From the IMG/VR virus record IMGVR_UViG_3300044983_000185, positions 1 through 43,690 of that record: DNA of 43,690 nt; one strand, written 5' to 3'. The DNA is from a virus. Its lineage: Duplodnaviria > Caudoviricetes. Position 1 is the stretch's first letter. Each line of letters opens with the position of its first letter. The notes beneath the pieces are model-generated. The model did no database searches. It was not told where the DNA came from and worked only from the letters and a program-made list of their open reading frames with translations. Shown piece by piece: positions 17,353 through 25,373 of this stretch. A program made the position numbers and the translations under genes.

Positions 17353-17449
17353 GCAACCGGGCAGGGAGTCGAACCCTGCACACGCCCCTCACACTTCGCG
17401 GCAACCAACCGCTAGTTTGCTCGGGCACCTCACGGGTGAACCGGTCTGC
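17353..17449 (-). ncRNA. tRNA-like element
   Basis: GCAGGG-TTCGACT-CCCTGC T arm; GACCGG/CCGGTT closing stem; non-canonical core. Confidence 0.55.
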
Positions 17450-17494
17450 TTGCCCGGAGTCGGGCGCTGGTTAGGCGCCCTGTCCGTACTCGCG

Positions 17495-17582
17495 TACCCC
17501 TGGCCCGACTCGAACGGGCAGCATGTCCGCTAGCCATGTAATCCCCCGAGGGGGTGTCGTAGGCACGGTTCCCGGCAGGGGC
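17495..17582 (-). ncRNA. tRNA-like element (88 nt)
   Basis: Acceptor GCCCCTG/CAGGGGT + A; T arm GCCCG-TTCGAGT-CGGGC; enlarged D region. Confidence 0.65.
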
Positions 17583-17772
17583 TTGTTCAGTTGTGTTGCA
17601 CCGGCCTAACCGCCTACCGGCACGCGGAGCCCGCAAAATTCGAGCCATGCATGGCGTCAACTACGGGCATTTCCCTGGCCCGTATCGGCTGCTCCGGCTT
17701 CAGGATCCTGATCTGTCCTGCGTTCACCGGAGGTTCCGTGACTGCCGCTCCGCTTCCCTTGCTGATGGACCA

Positions 17773-17803
17773 ACTATAGCATGGCCATGCCCGGCGCTGT
17801 CAA
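17773..17803 (-). promoter_or_regulatory. Promoter of the ncRNA/SSB operon
   Basis: TTGACA-N19-TATAGT with TG extension. Confidence 0.7.
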
Positions 17804-17807
17804 CCCC

Positions 17808-18758
17808 TCACGCCGGACAGATCCCGCCAGCCCTCGTGCCCACGCTGCGCAGCTCGACGTTGCGCGCCGCCTGCTCCGCCACCTGACGCCCGTACTCCAG
17901 ATCGAGTTCTACCAACTCCACGCGCCCGCCCTTGCTCGGCATGTGGATCAGCAGCGCGGCCGGCTTCCCCGGGCACACGCCACCCTCGCGCCCGACGTAC
18001 GTCCCCGCATCCTGCGGCATCCATCGGCCGCTGTCGTCCAGCGGACCTTCCCACACCCACGGCGCAGTGTCGTAGATCCACTGCTGCCCGGAGTGCTCCT
18101 GGTACGTCCAGAACTTCTCCTGTGTCTTCAGGTCGATCGTGCCCACCTGGCCGGTACCTCGGCACAAGAAGCGGGCGTCGCGCCTGCCGACCGCGCCGCC
18201 GCCGATCGGATGGAAGATGAATCGCTCCTGCGAGTCGGGGATGAACTCGAAACCCTTGCGGTCCATGACCTCGATCATCTCGGCGAACTGGACTTGCATG
18301 CGCCGGTGGCCGATCACCTCACCCGCCATGATGAACTGTTCCAGCACGGCATGGCGTGCCGTGCCTTTCCGGGCGCCGGTGTCCGCGCCGGCAGCGGTCC
18401 GGGCCAGCTCAGCAGCTTTTGCCAGGATGGTGCGTCGCTCGCTATCGGTGAACGCGTCCAGGTTGATCGCGGCCAACTCGTCGAAGATCAGGCCGTCATT
18501 CGCAAGCAACCCGAGCAGCGTCATCCGCTCCAGCCACTGCTGAAGCGCGTACTGATCGCTGAACGCCTTGACGAGGTTGGTCGTGCGCCGCCACCCGCGG
18601 CCGGACGGCGCGAACCCGGGCGGCGGCGGGAAGCGGTAGCGACCCTTGATGCTCTTGAAGGGGGACGGGCTTAGAAGATCGCTATGCAGTCCGTAGAGCG
18701 GTGCGGCCGTTGCATCGTCGAACAGGTCGTCATCTAGCGGGGTCAGGTCGGTGGTCAT
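17808..18758 (-). CDS. PD-(D/E)XK exonuclease (RecE/Cas4-like)
   Basis: GTARH, E...GRRD...IDLKT, QQWIY motifs. Confidence 0.8.
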   Translation of the reverse strand: MTTDLTPLDDDLFDDATAAPLYGLHSDLLSPSPFKSIKGRYRFPPPPGFAPSGRGWRRTTNLVKAFSDQYALQQWLERMTLLGLLANDGLIFDELAAINLDAFTDSERRTILAKAAELARTAAGADTGARKGTARHAVLEQFIMAGEVIGHRRMQVQFAEMIEVMDRKGFEFIPDSQERFIFHPIGGGAVGRRDARFLCRGTGQVGTIDLKTQEKFWTYQEHSGQQWIYDTAPWVWEGPLDDSGRWMPQDAGTYVGREGGVCPGKPAALLIHMPSKGGRVELVELDLEYGRQVAEQAARNVELRSVGTRAGGICPA

Positions 18759-19057
18759 CCTCGGTGCATCCCTTCACATTCGGCGGACGCATGGATGTAG
18801 CCGCCCGCGCCATCCGCCCTGATCTGCTGGCCGGACTCGATGCCGTCCCCGCAGCACTCGTCATCGCTGTCGTACGTGGCCGTGAATACCGGCCCGAACC
18901 GCGGTCCGTCGTCCGGCTCGTCGAACAAGTCCGGTGTCGTCGCGTCGTAGATCTCATTGCCGGGCGAGCCGGCGGCGCGCATTGAGCGCACCGTGCTGTT
19001 CGACGGGCACGCCTCGTCGAGATCGTGCTCCCCCTGGCAGGTCCAGCAGCGTCTCAT
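18755..19057 (-). CDS. Cys/His-rich hypothetical protein
   Basis: CWTC...H...C and C...H...C; coupled genes. Confidence 0.65.
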   Translation of the reverse strand: MRRCWTCQGEHDLDEACPSNSTVRSMRAAGSPGNEIYDATTPDLFDEPDDGPRFGPVFTATYDSDDECCGDGIESGQQIRADGAGGYIHASAECEGMHRG

Positions 19058-19281
19058 CGCCTACCCCTTTTCACCCACGCGGCAAGACCGATTACCAGCC
19101 ATGGCAGCGAGAGCAGCGCCGTCGCCATGAGTCCGACACGCCAGGCACCGGACCACCCCAGATAAACGGCCTGACTGCTCCGGATGTAGATGCCGGATGT
19201 CCATCCGCCCCAGGCGAATATCGCGACAAAGGCAAGTTGCGCCAGTGCGAGTGCGACAACCAGGCGCACTTTCATGCTCAT
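19054..19281 (-). CDS. Small membrane protein
   Basis: Two hydrophobic helices. Confidence 0.6.
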   Translation of the reverse strand: MSMKVRLVVALALAQLAFVAIFAWGGWTSGIYIRSSQAVYLGWSGAWRVGLMATALLSLPWLVIGLAAWVKRGRR

Positions 19282-21068
19282 GTCGTCGCCTTCCTCGCGT
19301 TGATCGTCTCCACGATCTTGTCGATCGTCCTGCTCGCCTCGACGCGCCGGATCAGGTCGGAGATCTTCCCTGACTTGCCGCCGGTCGGCGCGTCCATGAT
19401 CCGGCGCACCTCGTCGGCCAGCCCGAGCATGGCCGCGTACTGGACCATCTTGTCGTCCGGCTTCGGCTTCACCTTGCGCCACGGCCGGCTCTTGTCGGCC
19501 ACCAGCGCACCGAGATCACCACCGCGGTCCGTCGCCTCGTCCTCAGCCACGAGCATGGCCATCGCGAGATCAGGGATGTCCGCGGAACAGCGCTCCACCC
19601 TGACCGTGCCCGCGCGGGGGGTGCTCCGCGTCAATAGGTAGATCGACGTACCCGCACCCTCGTCGAGCAGGAAGACGTACTCCCGATCCGTGCCGATCGG
19701 CAGGAACCAGCGCCCGCCCTTCGTGGTGGCCCAGACCTTCGATGAGCGCGCTACGAGCGGATCGAACTGCGTGGCGTCGACCTTGCCGGCCCAGTGCCGC
19801 TGCTGATCGTCGAGATCCTTGCCGACGTCCCACTGGTCTTCCATGATCGTGAGCGCGCCGTCCGCTATGCGATCGAGCGGCCGATCGGACAGGTCCGCGA
19901 TCGAGCAGATGTCGGAGGTGGCGTCGGCCAGGGTGATCAGAACGCAGTCCTGATCCTCGATCGGGATACCGGGGATCCGGCGCAGGCCGCGGCCGGCCAT
20001 CTGGATGAACAGCGGCCGGCTCTTGGTCGGCCTGGCCACGATCACGCAACTGACGTTCGGGTGATCGAAGCCTTCCGTGAGCACCATAGCGTTGACGAGC
20101 ACCTGGATGCGACCGGCCTTGAAGTGTCGGATCACCTCGCGCCGCTCGACATCCGGGAGGTTCCCGTGGACGACGGCCGCGGGGATGCCCTCAGCCATGA
20201 AGGCGTTGCGGATCACTTCGGCCGACCGCACGAGCGGCGTGAACACGATCGTCTGCCGATCCTTGGCCAGCTCGATCCACTTCTCGACGATGCGCTCGGG
20301 CGCGATCGAGTCCGCGATCTGCATGTCCAGGGCAGTCGCGTTGCCCGTCGTCCAGTGGTCAGCGCCCGCCATCTCACTGCCGTCGAGATCGATCTCCAGC
20401 CGGTACCCGATCGGCTGCTTCAGGTAGCCCTTGCGGACCGCCCACCCGATGTCACGGGTATAGGCCACGTTCTGCCAGACCGTACCGAGTCCCTGGCCGT
20501 CGCCGCGTTCGAGCGTGGCCGTGAAGCCGAGCGCGGGAGTGATCGTCAGCGGCGGCCATTCCGGACCCTCGCCCAGCGTGTAACCAACCTCGTCGGCAAG
20601 CGTCCGGAAACACCCGAAGTGCCGCATGATCGCTTGATAGCTGACGGCGGTCGTGTGATGGCATTCGTCGACGATGACCAGCCCGACGTCATGCAGTCGC
20701 GCCATCCTGACCGGATTCGCGAGCGTGGCCACCGAGGCGATCACGATATCCGCATCCACCTCGTCACGGCCGGCCTTGACCACCCCGACGGTGAAGGGCG
20801 CGCCCCCATGCTGCCACTGTCGCGCCACGTATCGCGCGGACGCTTCCAGCTGACTGACCAGCTCGTCCGTGTGCACGAGCACGAGCACTCGGGAGCCGGC
20901 GCCCTCGAAGCTGTCGAGGAAGCGGACCGCGCGGGCGCACAGGGTGTAGGCCTTGCCGGTGCCGGTCGGCAGGACGATCGCGAGGCGCGTCTCCTTCGGA
21001 TGCTCGGCACGGTGCCGCGTCTCTGCGGCGAGCGCTTCCTCCTGGTAGTCGAAAAGTCCGAACGTCAT
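19278..21068 (-). CDS. SF2 DExH helicase
   Basis: DYQ, LPTGTGK, DECH, TAT, LTEGFD, QMAGRGLR motifs. Confidence 0.93.
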   Translation of the reverse strand: MTFGLFDYQEEALAAETRHRAEHPKETRLAIVLPTGTGKAYTLCARAVRFLDSFEGAGSRVLVLVHTDELVSQLEASARYVARQWQHGGAPFTVGVVKAGRDEVDADIVIASVATLANPVRMARLHDVGLVIVDECHHTTAVSYQAIMRHFGCFRTLADEVGYTLGEGPEWPPLTITPALGFTATLERGDGQGLGTVWQNVAYTRDIGWAVRKGYLKQPIGYRLEIDLDGSEMAGADHWTTGNATALDMQIADSIAPERIVEKWIELAKDRQTIVFTPLVRSAEVIRNAFMAEGIPAAVVHGNLPDVERREVIRHFKAGRIQVLVNAMVLTEGFDHPNVSCVIVARPTKSRPLFIQMAGRGLRRIPGIPIEDQDCVLITLADATSDICSIADLSDRPLDRIADGALTIMEDQWDVGKDLDDQQRHWAGKVDATQFDPLVARSSKVWATTKGGRWFLPIGTDREYVFLLDEGAGTSIYLLTRSTPRAGTVRVERCSADIPDLAMAMLVAEDEATDRGGDLGALVADKSRPWRKVKPKPDDKMVQYAAMLGLADEVRRIMDAPTGGKSGKISDLIRRVEASRTIDKIVETINARKATT

Positions 21069-21382
21069 GACCGCGCCATCTTCTCCGCGCGGCGCATGAC
21101 GTCCCGCGCGCGCTTCACGAGACCGTGACAGCCGCGCGCCTCGTATGCGATGTCGCGCGCCCACTCAGCGACCGAACGCGCGTTCTCCCGGACGTCGGCT
21201 TCCCATCCGCCGATCAGCTCGCCGGTGATGCATCGCGGTTCTGACCAACAGCCAGACACGCACGGTTCAGCGCCCGTCCGCAGGTACGGGCACGTCAACA
21301 TGCTGTGCGGGACGATGAGTGCGCGTTCCGCCTCGTCGAGGTCTCGACTGAGGAAGGACTTGCGGTACATCGAAATCTTCAC
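21065..21382 (-). CDS. Hypothetical Cys-rich protein
   Basis: Coupled start and stop. Confidence 0.6.
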   Translation of the reverse strand: MKISMYRKSFLSRDLDEAERALIVPHSMLTCPYLRTGAEPCVSGCWSEPRCITGELIGGWEADVRENARSVAEWARDIAYEARGCHGLVKRARDVMRRAEKMARS

Positions 21383-21522
21383 GACATCTCTCCGCTCGAC
21401 ATGACGTGCACGATCGTGTCCACGGCCTTGCCGGCCTGGCCGCGGCGTGTGGTGGCCATCGGCGCGGCCGGCGACGGCCGGGCGAGCGCTTCCTCCTGGT
21501 AGTCGAACAGGGCAAAGGTCAT
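21379..21522 (-). CDS. Chimeric mini-ORF (47 aa): helicase N-terminus plus C-terminus of the 22471-22881 gene
   Basis: MTFALFDYQEEALA + RPSPAAPMATTRRGQAGKAVDTIVHVMSSGEMS. Confidence 0.6.
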   Translation of the reverse strand: MTFALFDYQEEALARPSPAAPMATTRRGQAGKAVDTIVHVMSSGEMS

Positions 21523-21680
21523 GATCTCTTCTCCACGGGCCTGACGCGCCATTTGTTCGGGTTGCCGAAGGTCAGCGCACCGAACCTGCTGAAGCCGAAT
21601 CCGGACGCTCGGGCGGCTGCCGGGAACGGGCCGAACGCGCGCACGCTCTGATGGTCTTCGATGATCACGATGAAGGTCAC
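21519..21680 (-). CDS. Hypothetical protein (53 aa)
   Basis: GTG overlaps the upstream stop. Confidence 0.55.
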   Translation of the reverse strand: MTFIVIIEDHQSVRAFGPFPAAARASGFGFSRFGALTFGNPNKWRVRPVEKRS

Positions 21681-21922
21681 GACATTGCCACCCATGCCGC
21701 CAGACTGATTGCGATGAGCAATACAGCGAGCACGGTCACTGGCGCGAGATAGGGACCTTCTTTCCGGGCAGCCGCTTCGGCATGCTGGCGAGCTGTCTTG
21801 TTTATGCGGGCACGTGCTCCGACAATCGGAGTTCCCGTGCCCGCCATGAAGGTTGCAATGATCCAGCCAATGAAGGTCGAGGTTGCGTACATCGCGCCGT
21901 AACGCAGCATGGCCCCTCTCAT
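21677..21922 (-). CDS. Small membrane protein
   Basis: Two hydrophobic segments. Confidence 0.6.
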   Translation of the reverse strand: MRGAMLRYGAMYATSTFIGWIIATFMAGTGTPIVGARARINKTARQHAEAAARKEGPYLAPVTVLAVLLIAISLAAWVAMS

Positions 21923-22266
21923 TCCGCATCCCCCATCGGCAACTTGTATTCCCGCGCGAGCGAGCGCAGGCGCTCCAGCTCCTTACGCTCCTGGGCGGTG
22001 ATCTCGGACGGGGTCCGCGTGTCCACGCTCGCGGCGAGCGCTTTCCAGAACAGAATGGCGGGCACGGTGAACAGCCAGAACGCCGAGAACGCGAACGCCG
22101 AGAACAGGTAGCTGTTGCGCATGTCCTTGCGCCAGCTTGCCCGGGTTTCCTGATAGAGGAACTCCTCGGCACTCTTGTCGAGTCTGTACATCCAGGTCGG
22201 CACAGCACGCCGGAAGGTGATCAGGAATCCCACGACATATACGGCAACGATCGTCAGTGCGATCAC
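21919..22266 (-). CDS. Two-TM membrane protein
   Basis: Hydrophobic segments; charged C-terminus. Confidence 0.7.
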   Translation of the reverse strand: MIALTIVAVYVVGFLITFRRAVPTWMYRLDKSAEEFLYQETRASWRKDMRNSYLFSAFAFSAFWLFTVPAILFWKALAASVDTRTPSEITAQERKELERLRSLAREYKLPMGDAE

Positions 22267-22303
22267 GACGCCTCCCCGCTCGACATGACATGCACGATGA
22301 AGG

Positions 22304-22474
22304 TCATCGAGTTACTCCGTATCTGCGGATCCAGCGCCACGGGCCGACGGGATAGCCCTGGTTCATTGCGTGCACGCAGGACCATCCCCCGATGACGACG
22401 TTCGGAATGCTCGCGTACCGGTTGAAGTAGCGCGCCCACCTGACCGACTTGTGTCGCTGCCTGGCCTTGCTCAC
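22304..22474 (-). CDS. Small basic hypothetical protein
   Basis: GTGA overlap with the upstream stop. Confidence 0.5.
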   Translation of the reverse strand: MSKARQRHKSVRWARYFNRYASIPNVVIGGWSCVHAMNQGYPVGPWRWIRRYGVTR

Positions 22475-22881
22475 GACGCTTCTCCGCTCGACATGACGTG
22501 CACGATCGTGTCCACGGCCTTGCCGGCCTGGCCGCGTCGCACGGTGGCCATCGGCGCGGTGAGCGATGGCCGGGTAAGCACCTTCGGGCCGGCCGTCAGC
22601 TGCACGGTGATCAGGAACTTGCCGGTCGCCGACCCCATCTTCCACTCGCGCTTGGTCGCGACGACCGGAAAGAATGCGCCGGTGTTCGAGCGCAGTTCGT
22701 CGCCTTCCGCGACGAGCGCCCATTCCACCTCGGAGATGCCGGCGGCGGCCTGCTCGCGCTCGTGCTGTTCGAGGCGCTCGACGGCGGTGATCAGTTCCTG
22801 ACCATGGCCACTACTGGGGATGCCGTTCGCGAAGCGGCGCGCCGCTTCGATGACGGCGCGCTCAGGGTCCGCCCTGCTCAT
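22471..22881 (-). CDS. Hypothetical protein
   Basis: SD GAGG; high-GC3 codons. Confidence 0.75.
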   Translation of the reverse strand: MSRADPERAVIEAARRFANGIPSSGHGQELITAVERLEQHEREQAAAGISEVEWALVAEGDELRSNTGAFFPVVATKREWKMGSATGKFLITVQLTAGPKVLTRPSLTAPMATVRRGQAGKAVDTIVHVMSSGEAS

Positions 22882-22893
22882 GATGTCCTCTTC

Positions 22894-23181
22894 TCAGCGC
22901 TTGCGGGTGATGACGATCGAGCAGGAAGCCCACGTCGAGCGGATGGCGCCGGGTGCCCGCTCGGCCCAGCACGCGACGTCGGACGCGTCGGCGGTCTCCG
23001 GGAAGGTGATCGTGGTGATCACCGTCGGGGTGTCGGTGTCCAGGTCGTGGCCGAACCGGCTCTCTACGGTGGCATTCACGCCGGGCATGGCCGCGTCGAC
23101 GATCTTGCGTGCCTGCCGGGTGGCGACCGGGACGGTCAGTCCGAGGTTCTGCTTGCGGGCCTTGCTCGTCGCTTTCAGCAT
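22894..23181 (-). CDS. Hypothetical protein, leaderless
   Basis: TTGCGT-N17-TATAGT-N6-ATG. Confidence 0.75.
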   Translation of the reverse strand: MLKATSKARKQNLGLTVPVATRQARKIVDAAMPGVNATVESRFGHDLDTDTPTVITTITFPETADASDVACWAERAPGAIRSTWASCSIVITRKR

Positions 23182-23187
23182 GGCTCA

Positions 23188-23249
23188 ACTATAGCAAGGC
23201 CGTCCCGATCACGCAAGCCGGTTGCGGCACAGGTTGGATCTGCTATACT
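23188..23249. promoter_or_regulatory. Back-to-back divergent promoters
   Basis: Minus: TTGCGT-N17-TATAGT; plus: TTGCGG-N16-TATACT; each 6 nt from an ATG. Confidence 0.8.
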
Positions 23250-23255
23250 TGGTTC

Positions 23256-23576
23256 ATGGATGAGCTGAAGATCGAAAAGACCGGCGACGTCACCGTGCGG
23301 ACCATCGCGTACGAGGTGGTCGGTGCGCCCGACCTGGACATCACCCAGAGCTACCATTCCATCCCGCACGTGATCCGCCCCGACCACGCCGAGATCAGGA
23401 TCGCGAAGGGCGCGACCATTCACATCTCCGGGCCGCGGGTGCTCAAGGGTGGCAGTCTCAGTGACTTGTCACGAGAGGGCGCGACCTTCTCCGTGGATTC
23501 GTGGCGGGAGCAGGAGAAGATCGAGCGCGCACCGCAATGGGTGCGGGACCTGCTCACGTCGGCGCAGGAGGGCTGA
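23256..23576 (+). CDS. Hypothetical protein, leaderless
   Basis: TATACT-N6-ATG. Confidence 0.75.
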   Translation: MDELKIEKTGDVTVRTIAYEVVGAPDLDITQSYHSIPHVIRPDHAEIRIAKGATIHISGPRVLKGGSLSDLSREGATFSVDSWREQEKIERAPQWVRDLLTSAQEG

Positions 23577-23579
23577 CCT

Positions 23580-23894
23580 GTGGCCTATGACGAGCAGTAC
23601 GACAATCCGAAGCTCTGGCAGTTGGTCGGCATCCTCCCCGGCAAGGACTACGCCTCGGTGCCCACGGAGGAACCGGTCGTGTGGGTGCGCAGGACGCTTG
23701 ACGGCGGCAAGCTCGCCTACGACTGTGGCGAATACCGGATCATCGGCCGGCTCGTCGGCAAGGCCGACCGGCGCTCGTACACCGTGCACCGACTCGGCTA
23801 TGAGTTGCCGCTGTCGTTCTACACCCACCTCAGGGACGCCCAAGCCCGCGCGGTCAAGAATGCGGCCGGCAAGGACAGGATGCACCTCGCATGA
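23580..23894 (+). CDS. Hypothetical protein
   Basis: SD AGGAGG; coupled to the helicase. Confidence 0.7.
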   Translation: MAYDEQYDNPKLWQLVGILPGKDYASVPTEEPVVWVRRTLDGGKLAYDCGEYRIIGRLVGKADRRSYTVHRLGYELPLSFYTHLRDAQARAVKNAAGKDRMHLA

Positions 23895-25168
23895 TCACTC
23901 TGACCGACGAGCAGCAAGACGCTGTGACGCTCGTGCGCGAATGGTACGAGGGCACCCAGCGCGGCCTGAAGCCGAACTGGGCAAAGGATCCTTTCCGCCT
24001 TTTCGGCCCGGCCGGCACCGGCAAGACGACACTCGCCCGGCACATCGCGAACGCAATCGGACTGGACGACGTCATGTTCGGCGCGTACACCGGCAAGGCG
24101 GCTGCCGTGCTGACCAGCAAGGGCGTACCCGCCACGACGATTCACTCCGCGATCTACAAACCAGCGTGGAATGCGGAGATGCGGGCGGAATGGATGCGGT
24201 TGCAGGATCGGCTTGCCGACCTGGAGAGCGAGCCCGCGCCAAGTGGCATGGACATTGCCGATCTTCAGTCGCTCCCAGGTCGCATCGCCGAGCTCGAAGC
24301 AGCCATGCGGCGCCCGTGCTTCGTGCTGAACGAAGACAGCGAGTGGGCGCGCGCCGACCTGATCGTCCTTGACGAGGTCAGCATGGTGGATGACGCCATG
24401 GCCGCGGATATCGAGAGCTTCGGCGTGCCGGTGCTCGTGCTCGGCGATCCGGCGCAGTTGCCGCCGGTCGGCGGCGGCGGCCACTACACGCGCGACACGC
24501 CGGACGTGCTGCTTGAGCAGATTCACCGTCAGGCCCTGGAATCGCCGGTGCTCGAGCTCGCCACCAGAATCCGGCTGTCGCGTGATGCCGGCCTCGGCGT
24601 GCGTGACGATGAGCGGGAGATCGCTTCGGTCAGCCGGGCGATGGCCACGGATCAGGTGCTCTGCTGGCGCAACGCCACCCGCTGGAAGCTGACGGAGCGG
24701 ATCCGCGCGAAGCTCGGGCGTGCGTCCGGCAAGGTCGACATCGGCGACCGGATCATGTGCCTGGTCAACAACAAGCGGGATCTCGGCGTACTCAACGGCC
24801 AGCAATTCGAGGTGCTCGACATCAAGGACGACTGGACGCTGCTGCTGCGGGATGACGTCGGCATCGATCGGTGGATCGAGGTGGAGCCGGCCGGGTTCGC
24901 AGGTCTGGAGGGTGAGGCGAATCTGAAGAACATGCGGTTGTTCCGCGGCAGTGTGATGGCCGCGACGTTCGCGAACGTGATCACTACGCACAAGGCGCAG
25001 GGCAGTGAGTGGGGGTCGGTCTACATCGTCGACGAGACACCGGCCATGTTCGCGATGAACGCGCGGCGCGAGGGTGAGGCAGCGGCGACCGCGGAGTGCC
25101 GCCGCTGGCTGTATACGGCGACAACGCGGGCGCGCGACTCGGTGACCTTGAGCAGGATGCGTGGTTGA
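23891..25168 (+). CDS. SF1B RecD/Dda-like helicase
   Basis: GPAGTGKT, TGKAA, DEVSM, GDPAQL, TTHKAQGSEW, LYTATTRA motifs. Confidence 0.93.
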   Translation: MITLTDEQQDAVTLVREWYEGTQRGLKPNWAKDPFRLFGPAGTGKTTLARHIANAIGLDDVMFGAYTGKAAAVLTSKGVPATTIHSAIYKPAWNAEMRAEWMRLQDRLADLESEPAPSGMDIADLQSLPGRIAELEAAMRRPCFVLNEDSEWARADLIVLDEVSMVDDAMAADIESFGVPVLVLGDPAQLPPVGGGGHYTRDTPDVLLEQIHRQALESPVLELATRIRLSRDAGLGVRDDEREIASVSRAMATDQVLCWRNATRWKLTERIRAKLGRASGKVDIGDRIMCLVNNKRDLGVLNGQQFEVLDIKDDWTLLLRDDVGIDRWIEVEPAGFAGLEGEANLKNMRLFRGSVMAATFANVITTHKAQGSEWGSVYIVDETPAMFAMNARREGEAAATAECRRWLYTATTRARDSVTLSRMRG

Positions 25169-25199
25169 CGGCATCGCACGGCCTTGCTATAGTTGTCTC

Positions 25200-25373
25200 A
25201 TGACGAAGACGAGCAAGGCCGCCAAGGTTGTCCGCCCCGCCACCACGAACGGCAAGATCAGCGCTTTCTCGATGGTCGCGTCCCTGGTCAAGAGCGGTGT
25301 TCCGGCCGCGAAGATCGCTCTGATGGCCCAGCTCAGTGACGCGGAGCGTGCCCAGATCGAGGCTATGGCGTGA
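25200..25373 (+). CDS. Small basic protein, leaderless
   Basis: TTGACG-N17-TATAGT-N6-ATG. Confidence 0.7.
   Translation: MTKTSKAAKVVRPATTNGKISAFSMVASLVKSGVPAAKIALMAQLSDAERAQIEAMA

Larger units (their letters stand above)
17195..17766 (-). ncRNA. Long structured non-coding transcript or leader
   Basis: Promoter TTGACA-N19-TATAGT with no ATG at +1; about 10 hairpins; two tRNA-like domains. Confidence 0.6.

Noticed and set aside
17353-17582. Calling the T-arm elements (and 40530-40643) canonical tRNAs
   Set aside because: No standard D arm, anticodon arm or spacing; reported as tRNA-like instead
17614-17766. ATC-initiated 50-codon ORF at the ncRNA start
   Set aside because: Leaderless initiation at ATC is unlikely, the product is featureless and the region is hairpin-dense; not fully excluded
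21028-22575. Repeats as a diversity-generating retroelement or invertible shufflon
   Set aside because: No reverse transcriptase or invertase seen; repeats are direct and differences are not adenine-specific
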